Positions 9,759 to 19,418 of a stretch of DNA of 64,000 bases are shown here, one piece after another. The DNA comes from Candidatus Daviesbacteria bacterium (GTDB taxonomy: Bacteria > Patescibacteriota > Microgenomatia > Daviesbacterales > UBA10151). Positions within the stretch are counted from its first letter, which is position 1; the number at the start of each line of letters is the position of its first letter. Both the position numbers and the translations under genes were made by a program. The DNA is taken from positions 71,760 through 135,759 of the forward strand of contig JAQUSJ010000001.1 in NCBI GenBank assembly GCA_028715175.1, in the 5' to 3' direction. The notes under the pieces are model-generated. The model was given only the letters and a program-made list of their open reading frames with translations. It made no database searches and was not told the origin of the DNA.

Positions 9759-10934
9759 TTAGGATAAGGATAAATTGGGGTTGGCTTGGAGTTTTAAGGG
9801 GTTAATGGGATGGAAGTTATAAAAGACAGCAGCGGCAATCATGGCTGCATTATCAGTGCAGAGCTCTGGTGGTGGTACAGAGAGTCTGATAGCTGAAGAC
9901 TGACATCTGATAGCTAATTCTGAGACCAGTTTCTGGTTAGCGGCTACACCGCCAGCGATCATTATTTGGTTGACTTTGTAAGTTTGAACGGCTTTGATAG
10001 TTTTGGCAACTAAAACATCAACAATAGCAGCTTCTATGGAAGCACAAAAATTAGCCAGCTCGGGGTCCTGCCGGCTCGATATCCCGTCGTACATCCTCAC
10101 TCGACTTCGCTCGCTGCGGCTACGCGCCGGGATGCCCTTCTTGCCGTCACCCCTCACCTCCTTTAGCAGATTTGCCACCGCTGTTTTTAAGCCGGAAAAG
10201 GAGAAATCAAAATCTTTGGAATCTATCATCGGTCTAGGGAGACTAAACCTCAAGGCGTCCCCTTGCGAGGCTAAATTGGCAATGGCCGGTCCTCCCGGGT
10301 ATGGCAGTCCCAGGAGTCTGGCGCATTTATCAAAACACTCTCCGGCTGCATCATCTCTGGTTCCGCCTAAATACTCATATTTGCCATGATCTTTAAATAA
10401 AATCAGATCTGTGTGCCCACCGGACACAAGCAGGCCAATGCAGGGGAATTGAGGGTAGCTTTCAGTCTTCAGTATCGCTTCGTCCGCCTTTGGCGTGGCT
10501 TCGCTGTCAGCTTTCAGACTTGTTTTGTCTGACGACTGACGACTGACGACTGACGACTGAGCACCCCAATTTGCATAAAAGTGTCCGAGCAGGTGATTTA
10601 CAGGAATAAGAGGTTTATTCCATAAAAAAGCTAGTGTTTTGGCAGTTTCTACGCCAATCAGAAGTGAGCCAATTAGTCCGGGTCCTTGTGTGATTGCAAT
10701 TGCATTTAACTTGTTACTTGTTACTTGTGCCTTATTCAAACCTTCCTCAATTACCGGTATAATGCTTCTTAATTGTTCTCTGGCAGCTTGCTCAGGTATC
10801 ACGCCTCCATATTTTGCCTGGATAGAAGCTGATGATGCCACAACATTGGATAAAATTTTTATCCGATTTCCGGTCTTTTGTACTACTGCAGCCGCAGTTT
10901 CATCACAGGAGGTTTCGATACCAAGAATTATCAT
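9759..10934 (-). CDS. tsaD: tRNA N6-adenosine threonylcarbamoyltransferase with repeat-derived insertions
   Basis: ILGIETSCDET, GPGLIGSL, VNHLLGH, LVSGGHT, DDAAGE, FSFSGLK, CTDNAAMIA. Confidence 0.97.
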   Translation of the reverse strand: MIILGIETSCDETAAAVVQKTGNRIKILSNVVASSASIQAKYGGVIPEQAAREQLRSIIPVIEEGLNKAQVTSNKLNAIAITQGPGLIGSLLIGVETAKTLAFLWNKPLIPVNHLLGHFYANWGAQSSVVSRQSSDKTSLKADSEATPKADEAILKTESYPQFPCIGLLVSGGHTDLILFKDHGKYEYLGGTRDDAAGECFDKCARLLGLPYPGGPAIANLASQGDALRFSLPRPMIDSKDFDFSFSGLKTAVANLLKEVRGDGKKGIPARSRSERSRVRMYDGISSRQDPELANFCASIEAAIVDVLVAKTIKAVQTYKVNQIMIAGGVAANQKLVSELAIRCQSSAIRLSVPPPELCTDNAAMIAAAVFYNFHPINPLKLQANPNLSLS

Positions 10935-10971
10935 GGTGGTATTGTAACAAATTTAGAGGTAAAATTCGGGA

Positions 10972-11814
10972 GTGATTCCTAAACAAGAGTATAAATTTAT
11001 CAAAGACGCTTTGTGGGTTTCTTATACGGCTTTAAAGGATTTTTTAAAGTGTCCCAATGCCTATTATTTAAAAAATATCTATAAAGATCCGAAAACCGGT
11101 TTTAGGTTGCAAATCGCTTCACCATATTTGAGTCTAGGATCTGTGGTGCATGATAGCGCCAGGTGGCTGCTGGACTTGCAAGGTCAGGTTACCAAAGATC
11201 AGTTAGAGCAAAAGTTCAGGAATTTATGGCTGAAATATCGGGGCAAAAGAGGCGGATTTTCTTCAAAGAAGGAGGAAGGAGATTTTGGCAGGCGTGGTTT
11301 GGAAATGATAGGAAATTTTTATAAAAACTGGAAAGTTTTGGGAAAGGCCGCTCCTCAAGTTGCTTTTCCGAAATACCAGCTTACGGATAATGTGATTTTA
11401 ATTGGTAACTTTGATTTTGTGGAAGAGCGGCCTGATGGATCTTTGCATATTGTGGATTTTAAAACCGGAGCTACAGATGAAGATGACAGCTTACAGCTTT
11501 ACATTTATGCCATACTGGCTGAAGCAAATTTTGGGAAACCGGTTACCAGAGCTTCTTTTTGGTATTTGGATAGGGAAGATACACCAAGGGAGATTGTCTT
11601 GGATCCGCTAGAACCCAAACTGGATTGGTTAAAAGGAAAAGTTTTAGAGCTTAAAAAAGCTATTGAAAAGGGCAACTGGGTTTGTATTAAAAAGGAACTT
11701 TGTCGTGATTGCCGGGATTATCAAGCTATAATTAACGGTAAAGGTGAATTCCAATTCTCAGATTTTAGGTATAAAAAGGATATTTACTATCTACCTAAAA
11801 TCAACCACAGTTAA
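10972..11814 (+). CDS. PD-(D/E)XK RecB-family nuclease, possible Fe-S ligands
   Basis: SYT..FLKCP, G.FD...IVDFKTG, QLYIYA, C-terminal C-x5-C-x2-C. Confidence 0.85.
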   Translation: MIPKQEYKFIKDALWVSYTALKDFLKCPNAYYLKNIYKDPKTGFRLQIASPYLSLGSVVHDSARWLLDLQGQVTKDQLEQKFRNLWLKYRGKRGGFSSKKEEGDFGRRGLEMIGNFYKNWKVLGKAAPQVAFPKYQLTDNVILIGNFDFVEERPDGSLHIVDFKTGATDEDDSLQLYIYAILAEANFGKPVTRASFWYLDREDTPREIVLDPLEPKLDWLKGKVLELKKAIEKGNWVCIKKELCRDCRDYQAIINGKGEFQFSDFRYKKDIYYLPKINHS

Positions 11815-11968
11815 TTTTATTTGAGGAATTAATGTCTGCAAATTTGCCTGAATAGCTTGAAATGACACTAAATTCTCTCTCGGAATTTCAAGAGCTATAA
11901 AATCTCATAAACCTATAACTTGACAAAACCTCTTGAAAAGCCTCAAGATATTATTTAGCCCATAAAAT

Positions 11969-12904
11969 ATGGCAGCAGCCGCGAACAAAGAAAGTATTTT
12001 TGAGTCAGAGCAGGGACTACCAGCAGATAATATAATAGGAATCGGGACAGCTCGTGCTCCTGGTTCGTGCGGTGACCTAGTTCTAAGCAAAAAAGACCGT
12101 TTTTCTATTCCTTGTTCCATAAATCGTTTTGTAGACGCAACAGTTACTCTTTATGAGGGGAACGGAGCGCATATTTATGGTCCACAAAATCGTCGTAGAG
12201 CATTAAGAGCAGTTCGTGAAACGCTATCTTATTCAAATAAAAGCGAGTTCAGCGCTCGGGTTCATATTGACAATGATATTCCAAGGGGTATGGCGAGTAG
12301 TGCAGCTAGTGTTGTAGCAGCTATTGGAGCAACAGTTAAAGCCTTAGGTAGAGAAGGGTTATCTCCAGCAGAAGTTGCCTTTCTTGCCTCTAAGGTTGGG
12401 GTAAAGGATGCTATTATGTTTCCGGAGCTCACTCGACTTAGATTTAATCGTGGAGAATTATCTTGTGAGGAGTTGGGACCACCTCCATCAATCGATGTTC
12501 TTGCTCTTGTTTTTTGGGGTAAGATAGGACGGAGGAATAATCGATCCCCTTCTAGAGATGCAATCGACAACGCCTTATACTTTATAAGGACAGGTGCTGT
12601 CAGAGACAAACCCTCATTGGTTGGTAGTGGTGCAACTATGAGCACAAAAGCTCAGCAATATTGTGATCCTGAAACAGTTAGACCAGTTTTTTCTTTTGCT
12701 GAGAGAATTGGGGCTATTGGTGTTACGGCACCCAAAGGATCTGTAATTGGTATTCTTCTAAGTAAAAATTCACTCCCGCCGACAGAGGCTTTAGTGAAGG
12801 CACGAGATGCTTTTCCTATAATTAAAGTGGGCTATTGTCTTAAGATAATTAAGGGTGGTGTGAGATTTAAAGAGGATGATTTAGGAGAGGATTCACCAGC
12901 TTGA
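11969..12904 (+). CDS. Divergent GHMP kinase, PduX/L-threonine kinase-like
   Basis: APGSCGDLV, IDNDIPRGMASSAA, LVGSGATMST, GAIGV resemble PduX motifs. Confidence 0.65.
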   Translation: MAAAANKESIFESEQGLPADNIIGIGTARAPGSCGDLVLSKKDRFSIPCSINRFVDATVTLYEGNGAHIYGPQNRRRALRAVRETLSYSNKSEFSARVHIDNDIPRGMASSAASVVAAIGATVKALGREGLSPAEVAFLASKVGVKDAIMFPELTRLRFNRGELSCEELGPPPSIDVLALVFWGKIGRRNNRSPSRDAIDNALYFIRTGAVRDKPSLVGSGATMSTKAQQYCDPETVRPVFSFAERIGAIGVTAPKGSVIGILLSKNSLPPTEALVKARDAFPIIKVGYCLKIIKGGVRFKEDDLGEDSPA

Positions 12905-12910
12905 TTTATA

Positions 12911-12939
12911 TTGACAAAAAACTTGGTTTATTTTACTAT
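12911..12939 (+). promoter_or_regulatory. Sigma70-type promoter for riboswitch leader
   Basis: TTGACA-17 nt-TACTAT just upstream of the SAM-I-like aptamer. Confidence 0.75.
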
Positions 12940-12957
12940 TAAATTACAATTTAATAT

Positions 12958-13056
12958 TTAATCAAGAGCGATGGGGAGAGTTTTGGCTCAATGATCCATC
13001 CAGCAACCGATCCAAAAGACACGGTGCTAAACCCAAGCCCGTAAGGGAAGGATTAG
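12958..13056 (+). ncRNA. SAM-I (S-box) riboswitch aptamer
   Basis: ATCAAGAG...GAG..TGGC..ATGA..CAGCAACC...GGTGCTAA...GAT conserved core; P1 TAATC/GATTA pairing. Confidence 0.8.
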
Positions 13057-13086
13057 TCCTGAGTGCAATTGAAGGAAAACACATTT

Positions 13087-13112
13087 AACCTCTCTTTACG
13101 GGAGGTTTTTTA
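13087..13112 (+). terminator. Intrinsic terminator of riboswitch expression platform
   Basis: AACCTCTC-tttac-GGGAGGTT followed by T run. Confidence 0.8.
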
Positions 13113-13159
13113 ATGGTTTGATTGTACTTACTATAAAGTAGAAGGGAGGTTGAGATTAC

Positions 13160-13432
13160 GTGTTAGTAGAATTTGAAAATTCAAGTATCAGACTGAAGAT
13201 TCCTGTAGGTACAGGAAAAGATTCTGAGCAACATATTATAGAAAGGGATAAGCCTTTTGATCCGGCAATATTTGGGCTCGCACATAGATGTCCGGGAGCT
13301 CTGTCAGCAGCAATAGATCAGTTAAGGCTTCGAGCTGAAATATTAAATAATGGAGACAGAAGATTTGTCAGTCACGTGGCTGATAATTTATATGCAGCCA
13401 TTGTGGCTATTAGAAACAGTGAAGAAATATAG
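13160..13432 (+). CDS. Hypothetical 90-aa protein downstream of SAM riboswitch
   Basis: GGGAGGT Shine-Dalgarno at ~13144-13150 before GTG start. Confidence 0.6.
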   Translation: MLVEFENSSIRLKIPVGTGKDSEQHIIERDKPFDPAIFGLAHRCPGALSAAIDQLRLRAEILNNGDRRFVSHVADNLYAAIVAIRNSEEI

Positions 13433-13433
13433 T

Positions 13434-14690
13434 TTAAGTTCCTTCAGTCCAGGAGGTTAGGTATTTTTTTTGTTCTTCTGTTAAAGAGTCAATTTTAATG
13501 CCTAATGATTCCAGTTTTAATTTGGCAATCATCTCATCCAGCTCTTTTGGCACAGTATAAACATCTGCCTTAAGTTTGCCGCGGTTTTGTACCAGGTACT
13601 CCGCTGCCAATGCTTGATTGGCAAAGGACATATCCATTACATCAGGCGGATGGCCTTCTGCCGAGGCTAAATTAATCAGTCTGCCTTCTGCAAGTACAAA
13701 AATCTTTTTATCTCCCTCCAAAGTAATTTCTTCCAAATTATCCCGGAGTATCCTTCTGTTTTTGGCCGCTTTGACTAAGCCTTCATAATCAAACTCCACA
13801 TTAAAGTGTCCGGTATTGGCTACAATGGCGCCGTCTTTCATTTTTTTAAAATGTTCCACCGAGAGGACTGTTTTATTACCGGTGGCCGTACAAATAATGT
13901 CCGCAATTTTGATGGCTTGATCCATCGGCATTACCTCATACCCATCCATGGTAGCCTCCAGTGCCTTGAGCGGATCAACTTCTGTGATTATTACCAGCGA
14001 CCCCATGCCTCTGGCCCGTTGCGCCAAACCTCTGCCGCACCAGCCGTAACCGCAAACCACAAAGCGTTTTCCGGCCAAAAGCACATTGGTGGCCCGGATC
14101 ACTCCATCAATAGTTGACTGGCCTGTGCCATAACGGTTATCAAACATGTGTTTGGTGCTAGAGTCGTTTACCGCCATCACCGGTATTTTTAGCGTGCCGT
14201 CTTTCAGCATGGCCCGGAGTCTAATGACCCCTGTGGTTGTTTCCTCAGATGAGCCGATGACATCTTTAAGCTGGGATTTTCTTTCTGTGTGGAGCAAAGT
14301 TACCAAATCCGCTCCGTCATCCATGGTAATTTGCGGATTAAAGTCCAAAACAACGTTTAGATGTTTATAATAGGTATCTTTATCCTCGCCTTTTATGGCA
14401 AAAGTAGGGATTTGGTAATCTTCTACCAAAGATGCAGCCACCTCATCCTGGGTAGACAGGGGATTTGAGGCACAAAGAGCCAAATTCGCTCCACCCATCT
14501 TTAAAGCAATCATTAAATTGGCGGTTTCTGAGGTGACATGCAGACAAGCTCCCAAAGTAATACCTTTAAGCGGTTTTTCCTTGGCAAACCTGTCTTTGAT
14601 CAAATTTAAGACTTTCATTTGGGATCTGGCCCATTCAATTTTCAGTTTGCCTTTGGCAGCCAAATTTTTATCTTTAATATCAGACTTCAT
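13434..14690 (-). CDS. ahcY: Adenosylhomocysteinase
   Basis: [50 protein letters not shown]. Confidence 0.98.
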   Translation of the reverse strand: MKSDIKDKNLAAKGKLKIEWARSQMKVLNLIKDRFAKEKPLKGITLGACLHVTSETANLMIALKMGGANLALCASNPLSTQDEVAASLVEDYQIPTFAIKGEDKDTYYKHLNVVLDFNPQITMDDGADLVTLLHTERKSQLKDVIGSSEETTTGVIRLRAMLKDGTLKIPVMAVNDSSTKHMFDNRYGTGQSTIDGVIRATNVLLAGKRFVVCGYGWCGRGLAQRARGMGSLVIITEVDPLKALEATMDGYEVMPMDQAIKIADIICTATGNKTVLSVEHFKKMKDGAIVANTGHFNVEFDYEGLVKAAKNRRILRDNLEEITLEGDKKIFVLAEGRLINLASAEGHPPDVMDMSFANQALAAEYLVQNRGKLKADVYTVPKELDEMIAKLKLESLGIKIDSLTEEQKKYLTSWTEGT

Positions 14691-15618
14691 ATTTCAATTC
14701 TTCTCCAAAATTCTCCTGATATCTTTTTTTAAACTCTTCCAGTGTAAATGTATGTGTAGTTGTACCATATTTTTCTACTGTGTAACAAGCGGCAACTGCT
14801 CCCATTTGTCCGCAAATTTGTAGATCCAAGTTTTTTAAATAGCCTGCCAAAAATCCGGCCCGGTAGGCGTCACCTGCGCCTGTGGGATCAACAGTTGTTT
14901 TGGGTTTTGCAGCTGGGATGGAATAAGTTTTTTGACTAGTTTGTACTATTGACCCTTTTTCTCCTAAAGTAGTGATTAAAATTTTAACTTGTGTCAGCAA
15001 TTGTTGTTCATCCAGTGAGACTTTTTCTTTTAATAGGCTGATTTCGTAATCATTCCCAATCAAGATAGTTGCGTTAGCTATCATCATTTTTAGGTCTTCC
15101 GGGTTCAGCGCCGGAAGTTGCATTCCCGGGTCCAGCATATAGTCAATACCTAAGTTTTGGCATTCTTTGGCAAACTTCACCATCGCTTTCGGGTTATTTG
15201 GTGAAATCACCACCAGATCAGTTTTGGTGTTGTTTAGAGAAAGTGTCTCGGCATCATTCATAGCTCCGGGATAAAAGGCGGTGATTTGGTTATCAGCAAT
15301 ATCAGTCATAATAAATGCGGAAGAGGTGGGTTCGTTTTCGACTATCTTGATTTTTGATACATCAATACTTGCTCGTTCTAAAAATTCAGAATACTCTGCA
15401 AAATCTGAACCTGCTGATCCAACTATGGAAACCGGACATCCTAACAAAGCTAGGTTATAGGCAATGTTTCCGGCAGTGCCGCCTTTTTGTTTTTTTAAAG
15501 TGGTGACTAAAAAAGATAAATTGATCTGGTGAATTTTATCCGGCATGATATGGTCGGAAAATCTGCCTGGATAATCCATAATATGATCAAAAGCCAAAGA
15601 ACCGGTAACTGTTATCAT
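14680..15618 (-). CDS. PfkB-family kinase, probable adenosine kinase
   Basis: [32 protein letters not shown]; overlaps ahcY start. Confidence 0.85.
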   Translation of the reverse strand: MITVTGSLAFDHIMDYPGRFSDHIMPDKIHQINLSFLVTTLKKQKGGTAGNIAYNLALLGCPVSIVGSAGSDFAEYSEFLERASIDVSKIKIVENEPTSSAFIMTDIADNQITAFYPGAMNDAETLSLNNTKTDLVVISPNNPKAMVKFAKECQNLGIDYMLDPGMQLPALNPEDLKMMIANATILIGNDYEISLLKEKVSLDEQQLLTQVKILITTLGEKGSIVQTSQKTYSIPAAKPKTTVDPTGAGDAYRAGFLAGYLKNLDLQICGQMGAVAACYTVEKYGTTTHTFTLEEFKKRYQENFGEELKYEV

Positions 15619-17382
15619 TTAATCTTTTGTCCCTATTAAGTATACAGCTTGCCAGGGTTTGAAGGAAGATTTCCAGGTTTCGCTGATTAAAGTTTGCCCA
15701 TTTCTGACCACGGTTCTTTTAAAAGATACATTGGCTCCCCAGGCCGACCAGTCTACTTGTTTGACAGTGCCTCGGGGTAATGTCGGATCATCCTGCCGAA
15801 GCTCCGGAGGTGGTGGGGTTTGGTTGGTTACAACTGGGGTGGAGATGCTTACAATTCTGCCATCTGGGGTTCCGTACAAATCAATATACAAAGTTAAACC
15901 CGAAGTATATGCCTGTATTAAAACATGGGCCGGAGTATCATTTTTAAATTGAAAATCAACAGACGGGTAAAAAACCGTGGCATCCAGGCCCGGAGGGAAA
16001 CCCTGCTCATAGTATCCCACCCTGTATGCATGGGCAGTTCTTTTAACTACCGGCAGTCCGGCATTTAAAACAGCCCTAAAAAGGGTGGTTGAATCCTGAC
16101 AAACTCCGCCTCCATCGTCTAAAACAGTCCTGCCTTCTTTAATTACATAGGCCTGTTTAAACCCGGTGGCAGCAGTAATATCTCCGACAGTGGCGTTAAA
16201 AGAAAAAGTTTCTCCGGGAGGAACCAGCACCCCATTTAATTTTGAGGCGGTTAAGTTAATGTTATAAATTCTATTCTGGATAGAACCGGCAAAGCGGGAA
16301 ATGCCCTCTCCCAAGAGCTCTTTGATACCTAAACTATTCACATCCTGGGTTTGGATTTTGGGTTTGATAGTGTCAACCGGCAATTGAATGGTTTTTGGTT
16401 CGTTTCCTGTCGGATTACTTAAAGCATCAGTTATCATCTGGTATGTTTTTTCTTGATCAAGCTTTTGACCTTGCCGGGACGGACGGAAAGCCACCACCCT
16501 TTTTGTATTTGGATTAAATTCAAACAAGCCTTCCTGGACTTGTTGGTCAATGTCCCGGGCAATTGTATCAAGGTAAAGGGAAGCTTTGTCCTTATCCAAA
16601 AGCAAATCACCTGTTTGAAGGTCCAATAAAGTTAAAAGCTGTTTGGTATCTAATATCCAGACGTTGCTATTAAAAACTAATTTGATAGGTTCTTTCATGG
16701 TAGCTTCCAAAATTTCTTTGGCGCGAATTACATGACCTGTGGTAATTTTTGGGGGGACAACCTGAATAGGCAATTGAGGTTCATATTTTCCGTTTAATAG
16801 AAAATTCTGTACTTCTTGCAGGATTTTACCTTTGTCCAGTTCCATGCCATTTCCAGATTCTTTGATTTGAATGCGAGCAGAAGGGCTTCCTTCCGGATTT
16901 AATATCTCATCAAAGACGAGCTCTGCGTTTTGGGGTTTTTGATAAACGGCGTTGGCGATATTATCCAGCTGTTTATCTAAAGATAAGGTAATTTTGGGGA
17001 ACATCTTTGACGAAGTAAAAAAAATCAATGAATTTTTGTGACTGTTTTTGAAATTTTCATCCAGTACGGAATAGTCTATACTGGCAGATGCGGTTGCAAG
17101 ATCGACAGTAAACGAACCCCGGGCGAAAGAAAATTGCAGCTTTTGGTTAGTTCTTTTCTGGAAAACGGACTGCACTTTTCTGATAGCCTGGCCTTTTGTT
17201 AACAGGGAAATATTAGTATCTCCAACGAAAGTCAACGGAAAAAATTTATCTGCCAAACTAACCTGGTAGGCTACAAGGATTAAGAACAATAGGATAATGG
17301 AAAGAAAAACAGGCAATAGATTTGTCTTTATAAGACGGAATTTTGCAAAACAGAAGTGAGAATTTTTTTTAGGCTTGCCCAC
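15619..17382 (-). CDS. VanW-family protein with peptidoglycan-binding repeats
   Basis: RIYNI, PGETFSFN, GGGVCQDSTTLF, GLDATV, DFQFKN. Confidence 0.88.
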   Translation of the reverse strand: MGKPKKNSHFCFAKFRLIKTNLLPVFLSIILLFLILVAYQVSLADKFFPLTFVGDTNISLLTKGQAIRKVQSVFQKRTNQKLQFSFARGSFTVDLATASASIDYSVLDENFKNSHKNSLIFFTSSKMFPKITLSLDKQLDNIANAVYQKPQNAELVFDEILNPEGSPSARIQIKESGNGMELDKGKILQEVQNFLLNGKYEPQLPIQVVPPKITTGHVIRAKEILEATMKEPIKLVFNSNVWILDTKQLLTLLDLQTGDLLLDKDKASLYLDTIARDIDQQVQEGLFEFNPNTKRVVAFRPSRQGQKLDQEKTYQMITDALSNPTGNEPKTIQLPVDTIKPKIQTQDVNSLGIKELLGEGISRFAGSIQNRIYNINLTASKLNGVLVPPGETFSFNATVGDITAATGFKQAYVIKEGRTVLDDGGGVCQDSTTLFRAVLNAGLPVVKRTAHAYRVGYYEQGFPPGLDATVFYPSVDFQFKNDTPAHVLIQAYTSGLTLYIDLYGTPDGRIVSISTPVVTNQTPPPPELRQDDPTLPRGTVKQVDWSAWGANVSFKRTVVRNGQTLISETWKSSFKPWQAVYLIGTKD

Positions 17383-17419
17383 CCCGCTATTGTATCGTTT
17401 TAGGGTATAATTGAAAAGG

Positions 17420-17499
17420 AGCTGTCAGCTCTCAGTCGTCAGTCGTCAGACTTGTAATTTTCTTAGTCTGAAGGCTGATAGCTGAAGACTGATGACTAC
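17420..17499. repeat. Inverted heptamer array (TCAGTCG / CTGANAG) forming a hairpin
   Basis: gtcagctctcagtcgtcagtcgtcagac ... gtctgaaggctgatagctgaagactgatgac. Confidence 0.8.
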
Positions 17500-17501
17500 T
17501 A

Positions 17502-18812
17502 ATGAAGCGAATTATAATTATTGTCTTAAGTTTAAGTATAGTTTTAGGGTTTTTATTTTGGAAATTCGGGCCGAGCATCACACTTTTTAACAAACCCAAA
17601 ACCCAAGGTCCAATTACACTTACCTTTTGGGGGCTTTGGGAAGACGAGAGTCTGATTAAACCGTTGATTGCCGAATATCAAAAACAACACCCGAATGTTT
17701 CTGTCCGCTACGAACGGGAATCATCGATAAATTATAGAACCAGGGTCCAGACGCAAATCAGGGAAGGCGTCGGACCGGACGTTTTTATGATCCACAACTC
17801 CTGGCTGCCGATGTTTGAGAGCGATCTAGCTCCGGTTCCCGCAGATCTGCTGACCTTTGCGGATTATAAAAACATGTTTTATCCGGTTAATGCTGATAGT
17901 TTTGTGAAGAATAATCAAATTTATGGCGCGCCTATGGGAATAGACGGATTGGCTCTTTTTTATAATGAAGATATATTAAACGGAGTGGGAGGTAAGCCTC
18001 CAAAAAACTGGCAGGAATTTATAGATTCCGCAACCAAAATGACGGTGAAGGATGCAAGCGGTATACAAACTGCCGGTGCAGCCATAGGGACAGCAGGTAA
18101 TGTTGATCATTGGTCTGATATTTTGGGGCTTTTACTTATGCAGCAACCAGCTGTTGATTTAAACAACCTGGTAACGCCTCAGGCGACAGAAGTATTGCGG
18201 TTTTACACCAGTTTTGTAACCGATCCGAGAAGAAAGACATGGGATGTGAATTTGCCGAGATCCACGGATATGTTTGCCCAAGGCAGGTTAGGTTTTTACT
18301 TTGCGCCTTCCTGGAGGGCGCATGAGTTAAGAGTAGCAAATCCAAACTTAAAATTTAAAGTTGCCCCTGTACCGCAGCTGTCCGGAAAAGTTGTATCCTG
18401 GGCTACATTTTGGGGCGTTGTAGTATCTGCCAAATCCAAAAACACATCCGAGGCTTGGAAATTTGTTAAGTATTTAACTTCTGCGGAAGCTGAAAAGTTG
18501 GCTTACCAGGAAGCTGCAAAGGTAAGATTATTTGGTGAGCCGTATTCGCAAGTGAGTTTGTCGGCAGAATTGTCTCAAGATCCGATAGTTGGAGCTTTTG
18601 TTTCTCAAGGTCCAAGTTATAAATTCTGGTATCTTGCTTCAAACACCTTTGACAATGGGATTAATGATGAGATGATTAAATACTTTGAAGATGGAATCAA
18701 TGCTACTTTGGCAGGGATTAATCCTCAGACAGCTTTACAAACAGTCGATAAGGGCGTAAAGCAAGTATTGGATAAATATACAAAACCGCCACCTGCTCCG
18801 AGCGGAAGATAA
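17502..18812 (+). CDS. Sugar ABC transporter solute-binding protein
   Basis: N-terminal TM, LTFWG, GPDVF, LALFYNED, AWKFVKYL. Confidence 0.88.
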   Translation: MKRIIIIVLSLSIVLGFLFWKFGPSITLFNKPKTQGPITLTFWGLWEDESLIKPLIAEYQKQHPNVSVRYERESSINYRTRVQTQIREGVGPDVFMIHNSWLPMFESDLAPVPADLLTFADYKNMFYPVNADSFVKNNQIYGAPMGIDGLALFYNEDILNGVGGKPPKNWQEFIDSATKMTVKDASGIQTAGAAIGTAGNVDHWSDILGLLLMQQPAVDLNNLVTPQATEVLRFYTSFVTDPRRKTWDVNLPRSTDMFAQGRLGFYFAPSWRAHELRVANPNLKFKVAPVPQLSGKVVSWATFWGVVVSAKSKNTSEAWKFVKYLTSAEAEKLAYQEAAKVRLFGEPYSQVSLSAELSQDPIVGAFVSQGPSYKFWYLASNTFDNGINDEMIKYFEDGINATLAGINPQTALQTVDKGVKQVLDKYTKPPPAPSGR

Positions 18813-18869
18813 TGATAAAACTTGTAGTTGCCTCAGATGAAGAAGGCTTAAATGAAGCTCATAAATTAG

Positions 18870-19418
18870 ATGAATAAAAGAGTAATTATTGTTCATGGTT
18901 GGGGTGGTAGTTCTCAAAACGGCTGGATCTCGTGGGCAAGGAAAAAGCTTGAGAAGAGATATGAAGTTTTGGTGCCGGATTTACCTGATACAAATTATCC
19001 GAAAATCGAGAAATGGGTTCCATATCTGGCGCAATTGATGAGTGAGGTTCGGGAAAGCGATATCTTGATTGGCCATAGTATGGGGTGCCAGACAATCATG
19101 CGTTTCCTGCAGGATTTACCAGAAGGCCAAAAGGTTGGAAGAGTAATATTAGTCGCAGGATTTGGCTCATTTCTTAAAGGATTAACTGAAGCAGAATGGC
19201 AGGTTGCTCGGTCTTGGATAGATACACCTCTCGATTTAAACAAAGTGAGAGATAAAGCAGATTCTTTTGTAGCTGTTTTCTCCGATAACGACCCATTTGT
19301 GCCGCTTGAAGAAAACAGAAAGATTTTTGAAACAAAATTAGGAGCCAGAATAATTATAGAAAAAGGACAAGGCCATTTTAATAAAAATACATTACCTATA
19401 CTTTTAGATTTAATTTAG
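18870..19418 (+). CDS. RBBP9/YdeN alpha/beta hydrolase
   Basis: VHGWGG, GHSMG, SDNDPFV, GHF. Confidence 0.9.
   Translation: MNKRVIIVHGWGGSSQNGWISWARKKLEKRYEVLVPDLPDTNYPKIEKWVPYLAQLMSEVRESDILIGHSMGCQTIMRFLQDLPEGQKVGRVILVAGFGSFLKGLTEAEWQVARSWIDTPLDLNKVRDKADSFVAVFSDNDPFVPLEENRKIFETKLGARIIIEKGQGHFNKNTLPILLDLI

Noticed and set aside
10526-10560. Tandem GACTGAC repeats as a mini CRISPR array
   Set aside because: 7-nt tandem units without spacers, inside the tsaD reading frame.
10972-11814. Cas4-like nuclease suggesting a CRISPR locus
   Set aside because: No repeat-spacer array or other cas genes in the window; solo PD-(D/E)XK nucleases are common.
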